Notes: a model not told the origin generated them from the letters alone. A stretch of 64,000 nucleotides of DNA from Candidatus Bathyarchaeota archaeon (GCA_963811105.1 CAWEPZ010000002.1:576001-640000); one strand, 5' to 3'; positions 21,405 to 33,994 are shown, counted from the first letter of the stretch. Translations and numbers: made by a program.

Positions 21405-21719
21405 CTATGCATTTTTGGTTAACACCGCAATAAGTCCAAGTAATCCTCCTAAGACAACTAGCAATCCGCCAAGTCCGGTACCAATGATTCCTACGATGAT
21501 GAGTACGATTGCCCAGACGAGAGTACTTGCGCTTTTGGCACCGATGATTGCAATAACGCCGCAAATTATAGAAACAATCCCAGCATATGCAAACGCATAA
21601 AAACTAAAATGGAAAATTGCCAGTCCACTGAAACCAATCAGATCCAATAATCCAAAGATTACCAGCAGTATTCCTCCTATGAGCGCTAAGTAGTATGCTA
21701 TTCGAGAAATTTCTGACAT
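21405..21719 (-). CDS. Small Gly-rich membrane protein (3-4 TM)
   Basis: Hydrophobic ORF with GGAGGTGA SD before ATG 21719. Confidence 0.75.
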   Translation of the reverse strand: MSEISRIAYYLALIGGILLVIFGLLDLIGFSGLAIFHFSFYAFAYAGIVSIICGVIAIIGAKSASTLVWAIVLIIVGIIGTGLGGLLVVLGGLLGLIAVLTKNA

Positions 21720-22088
21720 ATTCAAATTCACCTCCCTAATCAATTAAGTAAGATACAAATTGTTTGAGAGCAGCACATCTCCAATCTGAAGACAAATCAG
21801 TTTCAGCCGATTTGTTAGGACCGAATTTGTTTTACAATCAGAATTTAGATAATGTTGCAAATACCAAACAATTCTGATATTATAATTTTAACGGTCCAAC
21901 ATAAAAACTTAACTCCAAGGTTGAGTAGAGTTAAGCCAGCAGTTAAATCTTGCAATGTTTTAGTGATTTAACTAACGGTTGATTGGTGTAAAGAAGTCCG
22001 AAAAAGATTAACTTTAATTGAGACAATCTGAGAGAGAAATATATGCTTCGCAAAAGAGCAAAGTGGCAGAGAAAGTAAGTGAGGATTA

Positions 22089-22256
22089 TTGAATGTTCTT
22101 TCGGTAGTTCTGGTCGGCTTAGGTCTTTGGCTCATCGTAGATGGCGTTTTGAGCATAATCAAGTATCCCAAGCAAACTTTTCCTGAACAACTAATTAGGA
22201 TGATAAGAGCAATAGTTGGAGTTTTAATAGTTGTCATTGGTATTCTTGGAACTTAG
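22089..22256 (+). CDS. Small 2-TM membrane protein, 55 aa (not in ORF track)
   Basis: GAGG SD, TTG start, LSVVLVGLGLWLIVDG...AIVGVLIVVIGILGT. Confidence 0.6.
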   Translation: MNVLSVVLVGLGLWLIVDGVLSIIKYPKQTFPEQLIRMIRAIVGVLIVVIGILGT

Positions 22257-22411
22257 GCGATTGGAAAAATATAAAGCCAAAATTTATTAGGCCATTAACA
22301 CTCGGGTCTAAATATGATGGAAAAACGAGGATTCTATCTCTAATTACGTTTATATTCTAAAAAATTATTTGTATTCCAGTTTCCCAATGAGAAGATAAAC
22401 GGGTTGTTCCC

Positions 22412-23333
22412 ATGAATCTTTCTACCCACATAATGGTTGGCATACTAGTTGGAGCCTTATTATTTGGCAGACCAGAGATAGCTTTAATGGTTGGTGTGGG
22501 TTCGGCAATTAACGATCTAGATAGGGAATATGGTTTCTTTAGCAAGGAGATCTTTTCGTCGCCGACAAATACATCGTGCCTTATTCCATAATTTTTTATT
22601 TATTGGCGCAGTTTATTTGATAAACCCTTTTTTTGGCATTGGCGCGTTTCTTCACTCGTTCCTGGATTCATTCACTACAACAAGGGATAGAGGCGTTGAA
22701 TGGCTATATCCTTTTTCAAGAATTGTTACCAAGGCGGTTTATGATTCTGATGGAAACAAATTGGCGCTTGATCCGAAACATAAGATCTACTTTCTTTCGA
22801 ATGATCTGCCAGGATTAACACGAAGAACTACAAAAGATATTAGACCTGGCGAAATACCTATGCCAAATAGAAGAACTTACGGTCCAGCCCTCTCAGGGAA
22901 GTTTCTTGACAAATGTATCTTTTATGGATCCATAGCTATTGTTCTGCTAATGCTTCTCTTTTCTGTTCTCGGTTTGCGACGGTTTATTGATTTCAGCACA
23001 CGTATTGACACCCTTTCAATTGTACTTCCGTTGCTAATTGGTTCGATAGGAGTTTTCTTGAATTTTCTTGTTGGTGAACTTGACAGAAAGAAATTGGTTA
23101 AGACCAAGTCAGATAGACCATACAAGTTTTCGTTTGCCCTTTCGATTGGAATTATGATTTTTGCGATAGTTCTTGGGGGGATTTTGAATCCGGCAGCCGT
23201 ATTCACTACGTTAAGCATAATGCCATTAATTGCTGCTGGGGTTGTAGTTTTTGTTCTTGTAGCGTTTGGTGTGCTGATCTTTTCAACACGAGGTTTTTCA
23301 GTAGATAGCAAGAAAGAGCCGCTAATTGTATAA
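22412..23333 (+). pseudogene. YdjM-like membrane metal-dependent hydrolase, frameshifted near 22550
   Basis: MNLSTH...NDLD in one frame; HRALFH and HSFLD...GVEWLYP in the next. Confidence 0.75.
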
Positions 23334-23570
23334 CTAACATCTGTTTTTCAGAAGCATTTAATGTTGTAGGTGGTAGCCACACAGACATGATCATAAAAGG
23401 ACATTACTCAATATAATTATCCATGGAGAAAGTAAATGGAGATTTTTGAGTTCGGACGAGTCGGAAAAGAGTTGAGAGAATTCAGAAACTTCTGGCAACT
23501 GAGTCCACAAAAATTGCAGACGTATTAGAAAGCGGAAACGCTAATTCTGACAGATATTTGAAGGAAAAGT

Positions 23571-23690
23571 TTGCCAATCATTAGTTGCGAATGTGGAGTT
23601 GAAATACTCGTAGTGCCAGTTTTAAAAGCTATGAATTGGGCTATCAAAACTCATGTGGCCGAACACAGGAAGGAACGAAAAGAACACTAA
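23571..23690 (+). CDS. Small C2H2-like zinc-finger protein (possibly truncated)
   Basis: CECGVEILVVP...AIKTHVAEH. Confidence 0.5.
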   Translation: MPIISCECGVEILVVPVLKAMNWAIKTHVAEHRKERKEH

Positions 23691-23869
23691 GAAGAAGGTA
23701 ATCATGTCTGGCAAAATCAATCAACTGCTAAGCTAACTTTCACTAATGAAAATTAGTGAACGAAGCAACATTTAGTTTCTAATGGAGGCAAGAATCAGCA
23801 TTCATGCGATTACTATGTACCATTTTTAGTTAGGTTTTAGAGTTTCGTTACAAGAAAGCGGCATATGCC

Positions 23870-24250
23870 TTATTGTGAGGGTATCATTTCACCATGTAGA
23901 AGTCTCAGCTGAGAGATGCGATTCTTTACGATTTTGACTAGTTCATTCCTCAAGTCCTCATTGAGAAGCTTTCCGTTTATGTGGTTAATTCTTTCAGCTA
24001 ACACATCGTCTCCAACAGTGGTCTTTATCCAGTTTTGAAAATCTTTTCTCTGAAAATGAAACGTGATTGAATTAGCATTTATTGTTTCAAGTTTTTGAGT
24101 GAATGTTTCTAAACTATCAGCAGTCTCACCGGTGTTGTGGTCCAGATCAGCGAAAAAATGGAACCCTTTATTATATGGCATAGTGCTTAAGATCTTAATG
24201 ATTTTTGAATCTGAAATATTCTGTTCTTTAGAAGTTGCATACTTCAACAT
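23870..24250 (-). CDS. DUF5752-family protein
   Basis: GFHFF...GETADSL...SITFHFQRKDFQNWI...GDDVLA. Confidence 0.75.
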   Translation of the reverse strand: MLKYATSKEQNISDSKIIKILSTMPYNKGFHFFADLDHNTGETADSLETFTQKLETINANSITFHFQRKDFQNWIKTTVGDDVLAERINHINGKLLNEDLRNELVKIVKNRISQLRLLHGEMIPSQ

Positions 24251-24427
24251 AAAATAACCAAGATAACATCTAATTCGTCTGGTATAATTGTTATGCACGT
24301 ATTGGTGTCCTTTAAACCGTTTATTCTTTTAAGTTCGGCTTCTAACTGAGGATAACGGTCTGCATATTTAGTGCTTGTCATCGTAGTCAATTAGAGATCT
24401 CCCCTTCCATCCAAGGGCAAAGTAAAT

Positions 24428-24901
24428 TTGAGTGGGTACACTCAAAAATATCCATTACTAAAAATGAAGTCTGAAAACATGAAAAATGAAGACGGCGTTT
24501 ATAAAGTATTGTTTGTATGTACAGGTAATGCATATCGTAGTCCGATTTGCGAAGCACTTCTCAAAAAACTTAGACCAGATTTAGAAGTGGATTCTGCAGG
24601 GACAAGAATAGCAAGAAGAATCACAAGAGAAGCAAGAGAGTATTTAATGTCAGAAGGTGCTCTGCAATATCTTAAGAAGTCACCTGAAAACATTGACAGC
24701 AAACAATTGGAGCAGTACAATATTATTATAGCAATGGAGAAAAGACACAAAGACTCAGTCTTGAAGAAATGTCCTGATTGCAAAAACAAAATAGTTATCT
24801 GGAATATTCCAGACAAGATCTTCTTTTTGCGAGGACGGACTGAGAAGATTAACAATCAAATGAAAAAGAATGTTATTGAATGCGCAGAATCATTAACATA
24901 A
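24428..24901 (+). CDS. Low-molecular-weight protein-tyrosine phosphatase family protein
   Basis: VLFVCTGNAYRS, VDSAGT, WNIPD. Confidence 0.85.
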   Translation: MSGYTQKYPLLKMKSENMKNEDGVYKVLFVCTGNAYRSPICEALLKKLRPDLEVDSAGTRIARRITREAREYLMSEGALQYLKKSPENIDSKQLEQYNIIIAMEKRHKDSVLKKCPDCKNKIVIWNIPDKIFFLRGRTEKINNQMKKNVIECAESLT

Positions 24902-24954
24902 GACTCAAAAGGCTTCCTTGTTTTATTTAAATAAGGGAAACAGGAGAATAATTT

Positions 24955-25548
24955 TTGGAAACATATTTTGTTCCGAAAGGTATTTGTAACTTTTCTATCT
25001 CTGAAAATCTTGCTATCGGAGATGTTAATTACTTGGCAAAACGTTTTCGAGACATTGTGAATTCGTTAAGATTGAGAGTTATGCAGTTAATGAGGCTCAG
25101 AGAGCGAGAAATTAACATTGATGTGTTTTCTAATCCTGAGAAGTATTTGGTACGGCTGCCCGTTGAAAAAATCGTTGCCGACACAAAAGTCTCTCCCGAA
25201 GCTATAGAGTTTTATAAGCAGAAGATCCGAAAAGGAGAGAAAATTGCCCCTATAATAGTGGTTAAGCATCCAAAATTTGAAGTATATGCAGTCTTGGACG
25301 GTCACCACAGATACTATGCTTATTTAGAATTGGGGAAGAAAAAAGTTAATTGTGCTCTAGCTGGTGATTTCTCAAGTGTATTCTTCTATATGGCCAAAAA
25401 CGGTTTCTTCCAGCCAAACCCTGAAACAAAAGGAGAAATGCGAAAACCAGTTCTCCAGCTACACGAAAACATACAAGATTTCCTAAATAATTTTCTGAAA
25501 GACCCCGATAAATTGAGAAAGCCTAAGAGAGACAAACTATCTGATTAG
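24955..25548 (+). CDS. ParB/sulfiredoxin-like domain protein (real start probably ~25081)
   Basis: PIIV...YAVLDGHHRY. Confidence 0.8.
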   Translation: METYFVPKGICNFSISENLAIGDVNYLAKRFRDIVNSLRLRVMQLMRLREREINIDVFSNPEKYLVRLPVEKIVADTKVSPEAIEFYKQKIRKGEKIAPIIVVKHPKFEVYAVLDGHHRYYAYLELGKKKVNCALAGDFSSVFFYMAKNGFFQPNPETKGEMRKPVLQLHENIQDFLNNFLKDPDKLRKPKRDKLSD

Positions 25549-25573
25549 CAGCAAGAGATATGAAATCCCAAAG

Positions 25574-26359
25574 TCAGGCTTCAGCTTTTTCCCAATCGGA
25601 TTCAAAACCTGTTCTGAGTACGCCAATAAGGTTGCTGTTATTTGTCCAAAGAGAAGGGCTTTCACCTAATCCGCTTTCTTTGTCAGCAGTAATCAAAGCT
25701 TCCTTATCATCGGACATTATGAAGTGATTTAAGGCTTCAGGATGAAATTTAACATGAACCGAAGCCACATATATGAGTTTTTTCACTTTTTCTCTTAACA
25801 AACTATCAGGGTTTTGTCCTTCAAAAATTAGTCGAATCTGAGCTCCTTTCTCTATTGCCTGTTTGAATTCATCTACGAACTGAGATAAAACGGGAATGAT
25901 TCTTCCTTTGTCTGCAATCAACGCGACTTCTGTTTTGGAGTTTCTAATTAGTTCTGAAGTTTTTGCCAAGATTGCTTTTTTCTCTGCTATCAGTATGTAG
26001 ATGCTTTCTTCCCCAGGAAGCGGTTGTTTCCAGTCTTTTAGGGACAGTCTCTTGACACTACTCCTCATACCTGTCAACCGGTCATCAGATTTGTTCTTTT
26101 CTTCCGACACCAAGAGGCTTAAGGCATCTGAAATAGGAGTAGCCCGGATCTCAGTTGGTTTTCCCAGTAATCTTTCAATCAACCCCATTTTTTCAAGTGA
26201 TGGCAGGATTCTGTAGACATCTTCCCTGCGCACTTTTGAATACTTAGCTACCTGCGCCACTGTAGTTTTTTCCAGCTTGAGTACTGCTAAGTATACCCTT
26301 GCCTGATTAAGACTCAAGCCCAAACCAAGCAATAAATCCGTACTTTCGTCGCTGGACAT
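25574..26359 (-). CDS. TrmB-family transcriptional regulator
   Basis: LGLSLNQARVYLA, REDVYRILPSLEKMGLI; PLD-like C-terminal domain. Confidence 0.88.
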   Translation of the reverse strand: MSSDESTDLLLGLGLSLNQARVYLAVLKLEKTTVAQVAKYSKVRREDVYRILPSLEKMGLIERLLGKPTEIRATPISDALSLLVSEEKNKSDDRLTGMRSSVKRLSLKDWKQPLPGEESIYILIAEKKAILAKTSELIRNSKTEVALIADKGRIIPVLSQFVDEFKQAIEKGAQIRLIFEGQNPDSLLREKVKKLIYVASVHVKFHPEALNHFIMSDDKEALITADKESGLGESPSLWTNNSNLIGVLRTGFESDWEKAEA

Positions 26360-26618
26360 TTCCAGTCAATAATATTTTTCAAATTGTATTTAAGTTTTTA
26401 GCTCGTTTTGGCAAAACAAGTAATTTTTTTTGGTTTTGTATATTTGCTATTTCTGGTTTTTAAGGTTTCCCCTTGTGCCAAAAAAGACAAGAAAATTGCT
26501 GTGGAAAGGGGTGAGTAGGGTTTATTCGAAATATTGGTAAAAAAAATTGAGGCGATTTAGCGCATTGTTTTTGTGATTGGCAATTGATTGTTTCCTACGC
26601 GGCTTGATTACATTTATT

Positions 26619-26945
26619 CTATGCGAATACGAAGCCTATTATTACTCCTATTATGAATCCGATGCTTAGTGGTAGTATCCCTATGATGAGTGCACCATAT
26701 TGGTACACAATGGGGCCGTATTGTGCCACATAATTCTTCAGCACGTTAAGGCTCAAACCCCAGAAGCCGAAGTAGGCAACGACGAAGAGTATGATTGCGG
26801 CTATAATAGCTATCTTTAGGAATAGATGGATTAAGTAGCCGACGATTAGTCCGATAACAAACATTATTATAATTATGACAATCGGTGGCAAACCGCCTAT
26901 GTTTCCGGAAGTAATAAAATTAAATATTTGACCTAACGCGTCCAA
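26619..26945 (-). CDS. FUN14-like membrane protein
   Basis: GLIVGYLI...KIAII, GFIIG hydrophobic pattern. Confidence 0.65.
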   Translation of the reverse strand: MDALGQIFNFITSGNIGGLPPIVIIIIMFVIGLIVGYLIHLFLKIAIIAAIILFVVAYFGFWGLSLNVLKNYVAQYGPIVYQYGALIIGILPLSIGFIIGVIIGFVFA

Positions 26946-26998
26946 AGCTCCACAACTCCATTGCTACTTAATATAAGTGCAAATGATTATTAAACTTG

Positions 26999-27022
26999 TG
27001 TTGCTGTAGCTCTACAGCAACA
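26999..27022. promoter_or_regulatory. Perfect 11-bp inverted repeat between divergent genes
   Basis: TGTTGCTGTAG-CT-CTACAGCAACA. Confidence 0.45.
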
Positions 27023-27101
27023 AAGCGGTATGTTGTTTTTGAAATTCCAATTCTGAATCAATAACCAAAAAATGTGTTATTAAAACAAAAAAGAAAAGTG
27101 T

Positions 27102-28178
27102 TTGTTTTATTTATATGACCTCGCATATTATGTTCAAGATCTTGGAGGATGGAAAAGGGTTTCCCACTATTCTTTGGAAGAAAAAAACATTCACCATTAT
27201 GCGGAGAACTTTTGGCTAGGGATGAGAATTTATCGTAGCCTTATTTCAAACTTGTTGGACGTTAAGGTTCCTCTTTTTTGTGGACATAAAGTGACCTATA
27301 ATTGCAATCTTCGATGCAAAATGTGTCCTTTCTGGAAAAGAATCACTCCTGATTCAAGTATTGATCAGGAAAAAGCAATTCTGAAACAGGTTTATGATTC
27401 TGGTGCTTGTAGTATCGCATTTGAAGGCGGGGAACCACTCCTTAGGAATGATCTAGTCCAAATCCTTGCTTTTTCTCGCTCTCTGCCTTTGCATACTAGC
27501 ATTATAACTAACGGTACTTTACTCGAATCCAGAATAGGCGAAATTGCTCCGTATATTAACGGTGTCGTCTATGTTTCGTTGGATGGTTTAGAGAAAACTC
27601 ATGATGAAATCAGGGGAGTCGGCGGAAGTTTTAGAAAAGCGGTGAGCGGCATATGTGCGGCTAAAGAAAAAGTTGCCGTAACCATAAACACGACAATAAT
27701 GGCTGAAAACATCGACGAAATAGAAGACTTGGTAAAGCTATCAAAAGAGTTAGGTACACGAATATCCTTGGCTGTAGCTCACGAATATTGTAATATCAAC
27801 GCATCTTCACCAGCTACTAGCAAAGCATTAAAAATAGCACATAGGCTGATTGAAATGAAGCGAGAAGGTTATCCTATTGTTAATTCAATCGGCTACTTGA
27901 AAGTGATGGCTAAAGAGAAAAAATGGCAATGTAAACCATGGGCGACGGTAAACATCGATCCCAACGGCAATTTAGTCTTGCCTTGCTATGTTCACAATGA
28001 TTACGTGAGCAACGTTTCCGTTTTTGAAAATAGTATTAAAAACTCTGTTTCTGACTTTGATTGGAAAAAAATAGAAAACTGCAGAAAATGCAGCCTTCAC
28101 TGTTATGTTGAGCCATCTTTAGTGCTTTCACGAGATTTTAAATCGTATATGCATTGGGCATTTCGAGTCAGTCTTTAA
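27102..28178 (+). CDS. Radical SAM/SPASM protein (PTO1314-like); start uncertain
   Basis: CNLRCKMC, GGEPLL, SLDG; C-terminal C...C...CRKCSLHC. Confidence 0.88.
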   Translation: MFYLYDLAYYVQDLGGWKRVSHYSLEEKNIHHYAENFWLGMRIYRSLISNLLDVKVPLFCGHKVTYNCNLRCKMCPFWKRITPDSSIDQEKAILKQVYDSGACSIAFEGGEPLLRNDLVQILAFSRSLPLHTSIITNGTLLESRIGEIAPYINGVVYVSLDGLEKTHDEIRGVGGSFRKAVSGICAAKEKVAVTINTTIMAENIDEIEDLVKLSKELGTRISLAVAHEYCNINASSPATSKALKIAHRLIEMKREGYPIVNSIGYLKVMAKEKKWQCKPWATVNIDPNGNLVLPCYVHNDYVSNVSVFENSIKNSVSDFDWKKIENCRKCSLHCYVEPSLVLSRDFKSYMHWAFRVSL

Positions 28179-28298
28179 TTTTTAGGAGAAATTAGAACCC
28201 AACTGTGTTAATTAGAACGACTGCTTGTTGAAAAGACTGAGTATTAGAAAATTAATATTTATGGTAGATTAGGTATTTTCAGCAAGAAGTGTAGGATA

Positions 28299-28548
28299 AT
28301 GGTTTACTCAAAAGGCAATGTGGAAGTTACGAGGGATGACAGGGTCAGTGCAAAGGTTTTAAACATTACCCTGTTAGCTTCGGCGAAGAATTAGAAATGG
28401 ATATTGTTGAATGCACCCCAAAGAAGAAGGCATAGCTAAAGTTCAAGGTTTAATGATACAAGTTGCCGATGCTAAACTTGGAAAGCACGTGAAAATAAAG
28501 ATAAATCGGATTGGCGGCACAACGGCAGAGGCAGAAATAACAAAATAG
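28299..28548 (+). pseudogene. TRAM-domain protein remnant
   Basis: PVSFGEELEMDIVE and EGIAKVQGLMIQV...VKIKI...AEAEI lie in different frames. Confidence 0.6.
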
Positions 28549-28848
28549 CTCGCTTTTCATAAAAATGAAGCCAAGTTTAGATAAAACCAGAGGTTGCATC
28601 AAATTTCGCGCTCTGCGGCTGGTTTTTGAGCGCTGGAAGGACTTTTCTTCTCAGCGCCAACACCCAGTATCTTATCACGATACATCAACCAATTTGCAAA
28701 GACAAAATTTGGCTAAACGTGTCTATTTTAAGGCTTAAATCAAGAATAATATGTCCAAATTAAGCTTCAGAGAGCTAGCGATGCATCTTAACTCGGTCGG
28801 TTACCTTGGAAGCGAGTAAGTTAACATTTAATTCTGATGTAGCGTAAT

Positions 28849-28856
28849 GTTTATAT
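28849..28856 (+). promoter_or_regulatory. Putative TATA box of the 16S transcript
   Basis: TTTATAT upstream of the structured leader. Confidence 0.4.
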
Positions 28857-29027
28857 CAGTAGGATTCGCTTCTGATAGAATTCAGCTATAATTGCTAACC
28901 CCGCAGTTTTCACATGGCGGCGGCTCAACCCCCACCGAAACGGCGATTGCCTTGCAGGAATGACGGAGTTGGCCTCCAATTGCGGGGACACGAATGTAGA
29001 CCTGATTAATTGCTCAATTAGGTCTGA

Positions 29028-29091
29028 ATTGGGCTTTGACGTATTGAGTGGAATGTTTTTCCCTCCAAATCCAGTTAGGCACAAATCATGC
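29028..29091 (+). other. 5' arm of the 16S processing stem (bulge-helix-bulge)
   Basis: 29028-29044 is the exact reverse complement of 30718-30734; CTCC plus AAA bulge pairs with GGAG plus CAA bulge at 30688-30694. Confidence 0.85.
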
Positions 29092-29161
29092 GAAATAGTG
29101 CAGAACGTACCACACAAAAAACAAGATAGAAAGATCCGCAGAAATTAACTTGGAGTGCATA

Positions 29162-30656
<1,495 letters not shown>

Positions 30657-30665
30657 AAGTAAAAA

Positions 30666-30734
30666 GCATGAAGAGTGCTTGATTGGAGGAGCAAGGAGAA
30701 CATTAAGAACCTACAGGATACGTCAAAGCCCAAT
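30666..30734 (+). other. 3' arm of the 16S processing stem
   Basis: Complementary to 29028-29091. Confidence 0.85.
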
Positions 30735-30815
30735 AATATAGCAACTATAGCTAGAAAAGGGTTAATCTTTTCTTTTTAAAATAAGAGGGATCTTTATCCG
30801 CTTTTAAAAACAAGG

Positions 30816-31319
30816 TTAATCTGTTAGTTTTTTAGTATAGTCCCAGATTTTGTCGCCTACGTAATGCAATGATTTAACGACTGGCCCTTGCTTGGTGGCT
30901 CTGGCGGTTTCTGCGTCTGTTAGGCTTTCGCCCAGCGCCAATGCTTTGCCAAATTTCACATCTACCACAACTACGAGGTCACCTTTGTTAAATTCTCCTT
31001 CAACCCGCACAATCCCCGGTGCCATTACGTTCGCGCCTTTGCAAACATACGGTACAGCGCCCATGTCAACCACGATTTTAGGGGCCTTAGTATTGAACTC
31101 GGTGAAGTGCAGGGTAGGTAGGATATTATCGCCGACTTTGAAGAGCAAGGGTTTTGCACCGATTAGGTAAACTTCTCCAACATCAGATTCTACAACTTCC
31201 ACGGTTGCTTTACCGCCGTAAAGCGTTTCCAAGTTAATCTTTAATCTAGGTGTGGCTTTTTCAAGAATTTGTTTTGCTTCTTTGGTTTTGAGAGGGAATC
31301 GGCGTTGTTTTGTTGGCAT
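30816..31319 (-). CDS. PUA-domain RNA-binding protein (DUF1947/Tma20-like)
   Basis: PTL...VVDMGAVPYVCKGANVMAPGI, HYVGDKIW. Confidence 0.9.
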   Translation of the reverse strand: MPTKQRRFPLKTKEAKQILEKATPRLKINLETLYGGKATVEVVESDVGEVYLIGAKPLLFKVGDNILPTLHFTEFNTKAPKIVVDMGAVPYVCKGANVMAPGIVRVEGEFNKGDLVVVVDVKFGKALALGESLTDAETARATKQGPVVKSLHYVGDKIWDYTKKLTD

Positions 31320-31356
31320 GCTTGTTCTCTATGTTAAGTCACTGTAGAAGAGAAAT

Positions 31357-31953
31357 TTATCTTTGCTCTTTTTTGGTTTGCCTTTTTTTAAAGATTCTAT
31401 CCAGGATCTTGCCAACATCCACCTTAAACATTATTATCGTAATAATAATTGTCAAAGCTATAGAAATCAAAACTATTTCTAATGGACTTAACAACCCTGA
31501 AAAATTCGATTCAACCCAATTGCCCAGAAAAGCACCAGCAACGGTTATTGTTATTTTACCTAGAAAATAGGATAGAAAAAATTTTGTGGGGCTATACTTC
31601 ATAAGCCCCAGCGGTATAACGACTGGTTCATCAGGAATGGGAGTAGCTGCAGCTATGTAGAGCAGCAAAAAAGCCCAGCGTCTAACCTTTCCAGCTTCAA
31701 CATCAAGTCTCTTTTGACTTTTTTCACTAAGATGCCCGCTTACGAAGAAGGTGATCATGTAGTGGATGCCTTTAGCTAGGGCTGCAGCTAGGGCAATTAG
31801 GAAAGCTATTGTGATAAGGGCAGTTGCGTCAGCATTTGCCAAGCCGATCGCTGCTGTGGATGCGATTAGGAGGTTTGAAGGACCTAAGAAAGGTATCAAA
31901 TTTAACCCGAAGGCAACCAAGAATGTAATAATGAACTCAACGGTAAACAGCAT
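31357..31953 (-). CDS. DedA/VTT-domain membrane protein
   Basis: NLIPF, AATPIPDE...PLGL...FFLSYFLGK. Confidence 0.8.
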   Translation of the reverse strand: MLFTVEFIITFLVAFGLNLIPFLGPSNLLIASTAAIGLANADATALITIAFLIALAAALAKGIHYMITFFVSGHLSEKSQKRLDVEAGKVRRWAFLLLYIAAATPIPDEPVVIPLGLMKYSPTKFFLSYFLGKITITVAGAFLGNWVESNFSGLLSPLEIVLISIALTIIITIIMFKVDVGKILDRIFKKRQTKKEQR

Positions 31954-32042
31954 ATACTCTACCCAGTTTCTCCAGGAAACAATTAAATTAGCATACATAT
32001 AAGCACAAGTAAGCAAAACATGGGCAGATTTAGTCCGTATAA

Positions 32043-32720
32043 CTAAACTATTCGCTTAGAGGCTTTTCTCCTAACAAACACAACTATTAATGCGGCAACT
32101 ATCACGATAGCGATTACAATAATGGTGACATAGAACATAGTTTGATCTAACCCAAGTATTTGAGGCGCCCACATGTTTGTGGCAAAAGCGGTTGCATTTA
32201 CTGTATAACCTGGTAAATAGTCGGAGGTTTGTATGTACACGCCTGTTGCTTTATCCCATTCTTTGTGTCTTTGAGGAGTGTCAACATAAGTTATTGTTCG
32301 GGTCGCGCCGGCTATTGTCTCAGTTTTTTGGCCTTGAATTGTTATTGTGCTGTTTGTCAACACGTCGTAGAAGGAGGCTCCTGGATTGAGGTTTGCTGGA
32401 ATAATTATCCATGCTTCCACATCACCAGTTGTGAAGTCAATGTCTCTGATTGCACTTGAAAGGGATCCATTGGGAGTTTCTGCAACTATATTCACCCACA
32501 TTTTGGTGCCAGTGATATTGACGACTTCCATTCTTGCCCAAATCAAATCATGCCCTAATGCGGGGGTACCAGTTGTACTTACATTATACTCTATCCAATC
32601 GCCAGGCTTAACACCAAAAGAACTCAAAGCCTTCACTTGCCCAGGATTCAAGAAAAAGACACAACTGAGCAACAGACAAACAATTATTGCGACAACCGCT
32701 TTTTTCATAAAAAGCATCAC
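32043..32720 (-). CDS. Secreted, C-terminally anchored hypothetical protein
   Basis: Signal peptide, GVKPGDWIEY, WDKATG, C-terminal TM followed by RRK. Confidence 0.8.
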   Translation of the reverse strand: MMLFMKKAVVAIIVCLLLSCVFFLNPGQVKALSSFGVKPGDWIEYNVSTTGTPALGHDLIWARMEVVNITGTKMWVNIVAETPNGSLSSAIRDIDFTTGDVEAWIIIPANLNPGASFYDVLTNSTITIQGQKTETIAGATRTITYVDTPQRHKEWDKATGVYIQTSDYLPGYTVNATAFATNMWAPQILGLDQTMFYVTIIVIAIVIVAALIVVFVRRKASKRIV

Positions 32721-32879
32721 ATAACTATCTGCTTTTTATCTTTAAATAATTTGTGTCGTCTCTGACTTAAAGAAAAAAATAATCTTGTGCTCCATATGCT
32801 GACTTATTTTGATTTAGCGGTGGTTCAAATTTTGATCTTTTCTTACTCCTGCAAAGTCAGTTATTTGGCCTGTTCCAAT

Positions 32880-33561
32880 TTCATTTTGATGTTAGATATT
32901 TTTCAGGGTTGATTTTCGTCTGCTTGCATTGTTCGAAGAATGCTTGCACTCGTTCTTCTCTTTTTTCGGTGTTGAAACGCAGAAATAATGCGCGATGTTT
33001 CATATCAAAGGGCTATTTGGTTTTCCATACAGGTAGAAGAGCATTGCTTCGAAGAGGATGGCAATGTCGCCTTCGCAACTTAGTAATCCCGTATATTAGT
33101 GCTTTCTTTGCTTATGCTGAAGGATATTCCTCAATATCGTTAACAAATTATGAGAGGCGATTGAACACTTCAGAATGTTGCAATGCTTTTTGATGGAATG
33201 GGTTCGTTCATTGTTTGTTACAAGTCCGAGCCATATCTTGTAACTGCAACTCAGACATCCGGGTCGGGAGGTGGGTGGGTCTTTCATTGTACTCTTAATA
33301 ATTTCCCGAGCACTTTTTGTATTGATTTCCCCAAAGGCTCCGATGTCTCGCCAGTCCTTCGAGCTGTGGTTGACTAAATATTTGCACAATTGCTTTGTGT
33401 TCTGTGGGAGATGCTGCTCCTATTGCTCCTATGTCGTATCGAATGCGATCATGCTGTTTTTCATAATCGATTTCCATACTTTTCTCGAAACGTCGAAGTG
33501 GTGAAATTAAATTTGATTTGCTGGAATCGTTTGTTCGATTCGAATTCTTGTTATTGTCCAT
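32880..33561 (-). pseudogene. Decayed HEAT-repeat-like gene
   Basis: Successive protein-like fragments (SMEIDYEK..., DWRDIGA..., ERTHSIKK..., DIEEYP) in shifting frames; boundaries approximate. Confidence 0.45.
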
Positions 33562-33761
33562 AAAAATAACCTTGAGTTCAAGTTTAATTATAAAATATCT
33601 GGTTCTCACGCAGGTTTTAAATTATTGTTGTATCATCCAAGTAATTTAAAATACCTAAAAAATTAAGATTCTACCTGTGTTTCTTTTCTAAAGTCCGTGA
33701 GATAGGTTTAAATGTTGAGAGATAAAGTATAGAGGAGATAAAGATACATGAGGATTCCAGA

Positions 33762-33989
33762 ATGAGCGAAATGACAACCGAAATCCTTGAACAAAACCTC
33801 AGCAAAGTCGTATTAGTACGCCTTAAAGGTGGAAAAAGCCTCAGAGGAAGACTGAAGGGTTTCGACCAACACCTAAACCTAGTTCTAGAAGAGACCGAAG
33901 ACACAACAGCCGTTGAAAACCAAAAGAAACTGGGACTAATAATCGTTCGAGGAGATAACGTAGTCCTTATATCGCCTCCGCCTAGGTGA
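33762..33989 (+). CDS. Sm-like archaeal protein (Lsm/SmAP)
   Basis: [25 protein letters not shown]. Confidence 0.95.
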   Translation: MSEMTTEILEQNLSKVVLVRLKGGKSLRGRLKGFDQHLNLVLEETEDTTAVENQKKLGLIIVRGDNVVLISPPPR

Positions 33990-33994
33990 CCGTC

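Noticed and set aside
21968-22237. 89-aa minus-strand ORF
   Set aside because: Antisense to a better-supported plus-strand 2-TM gene at 22089..22256
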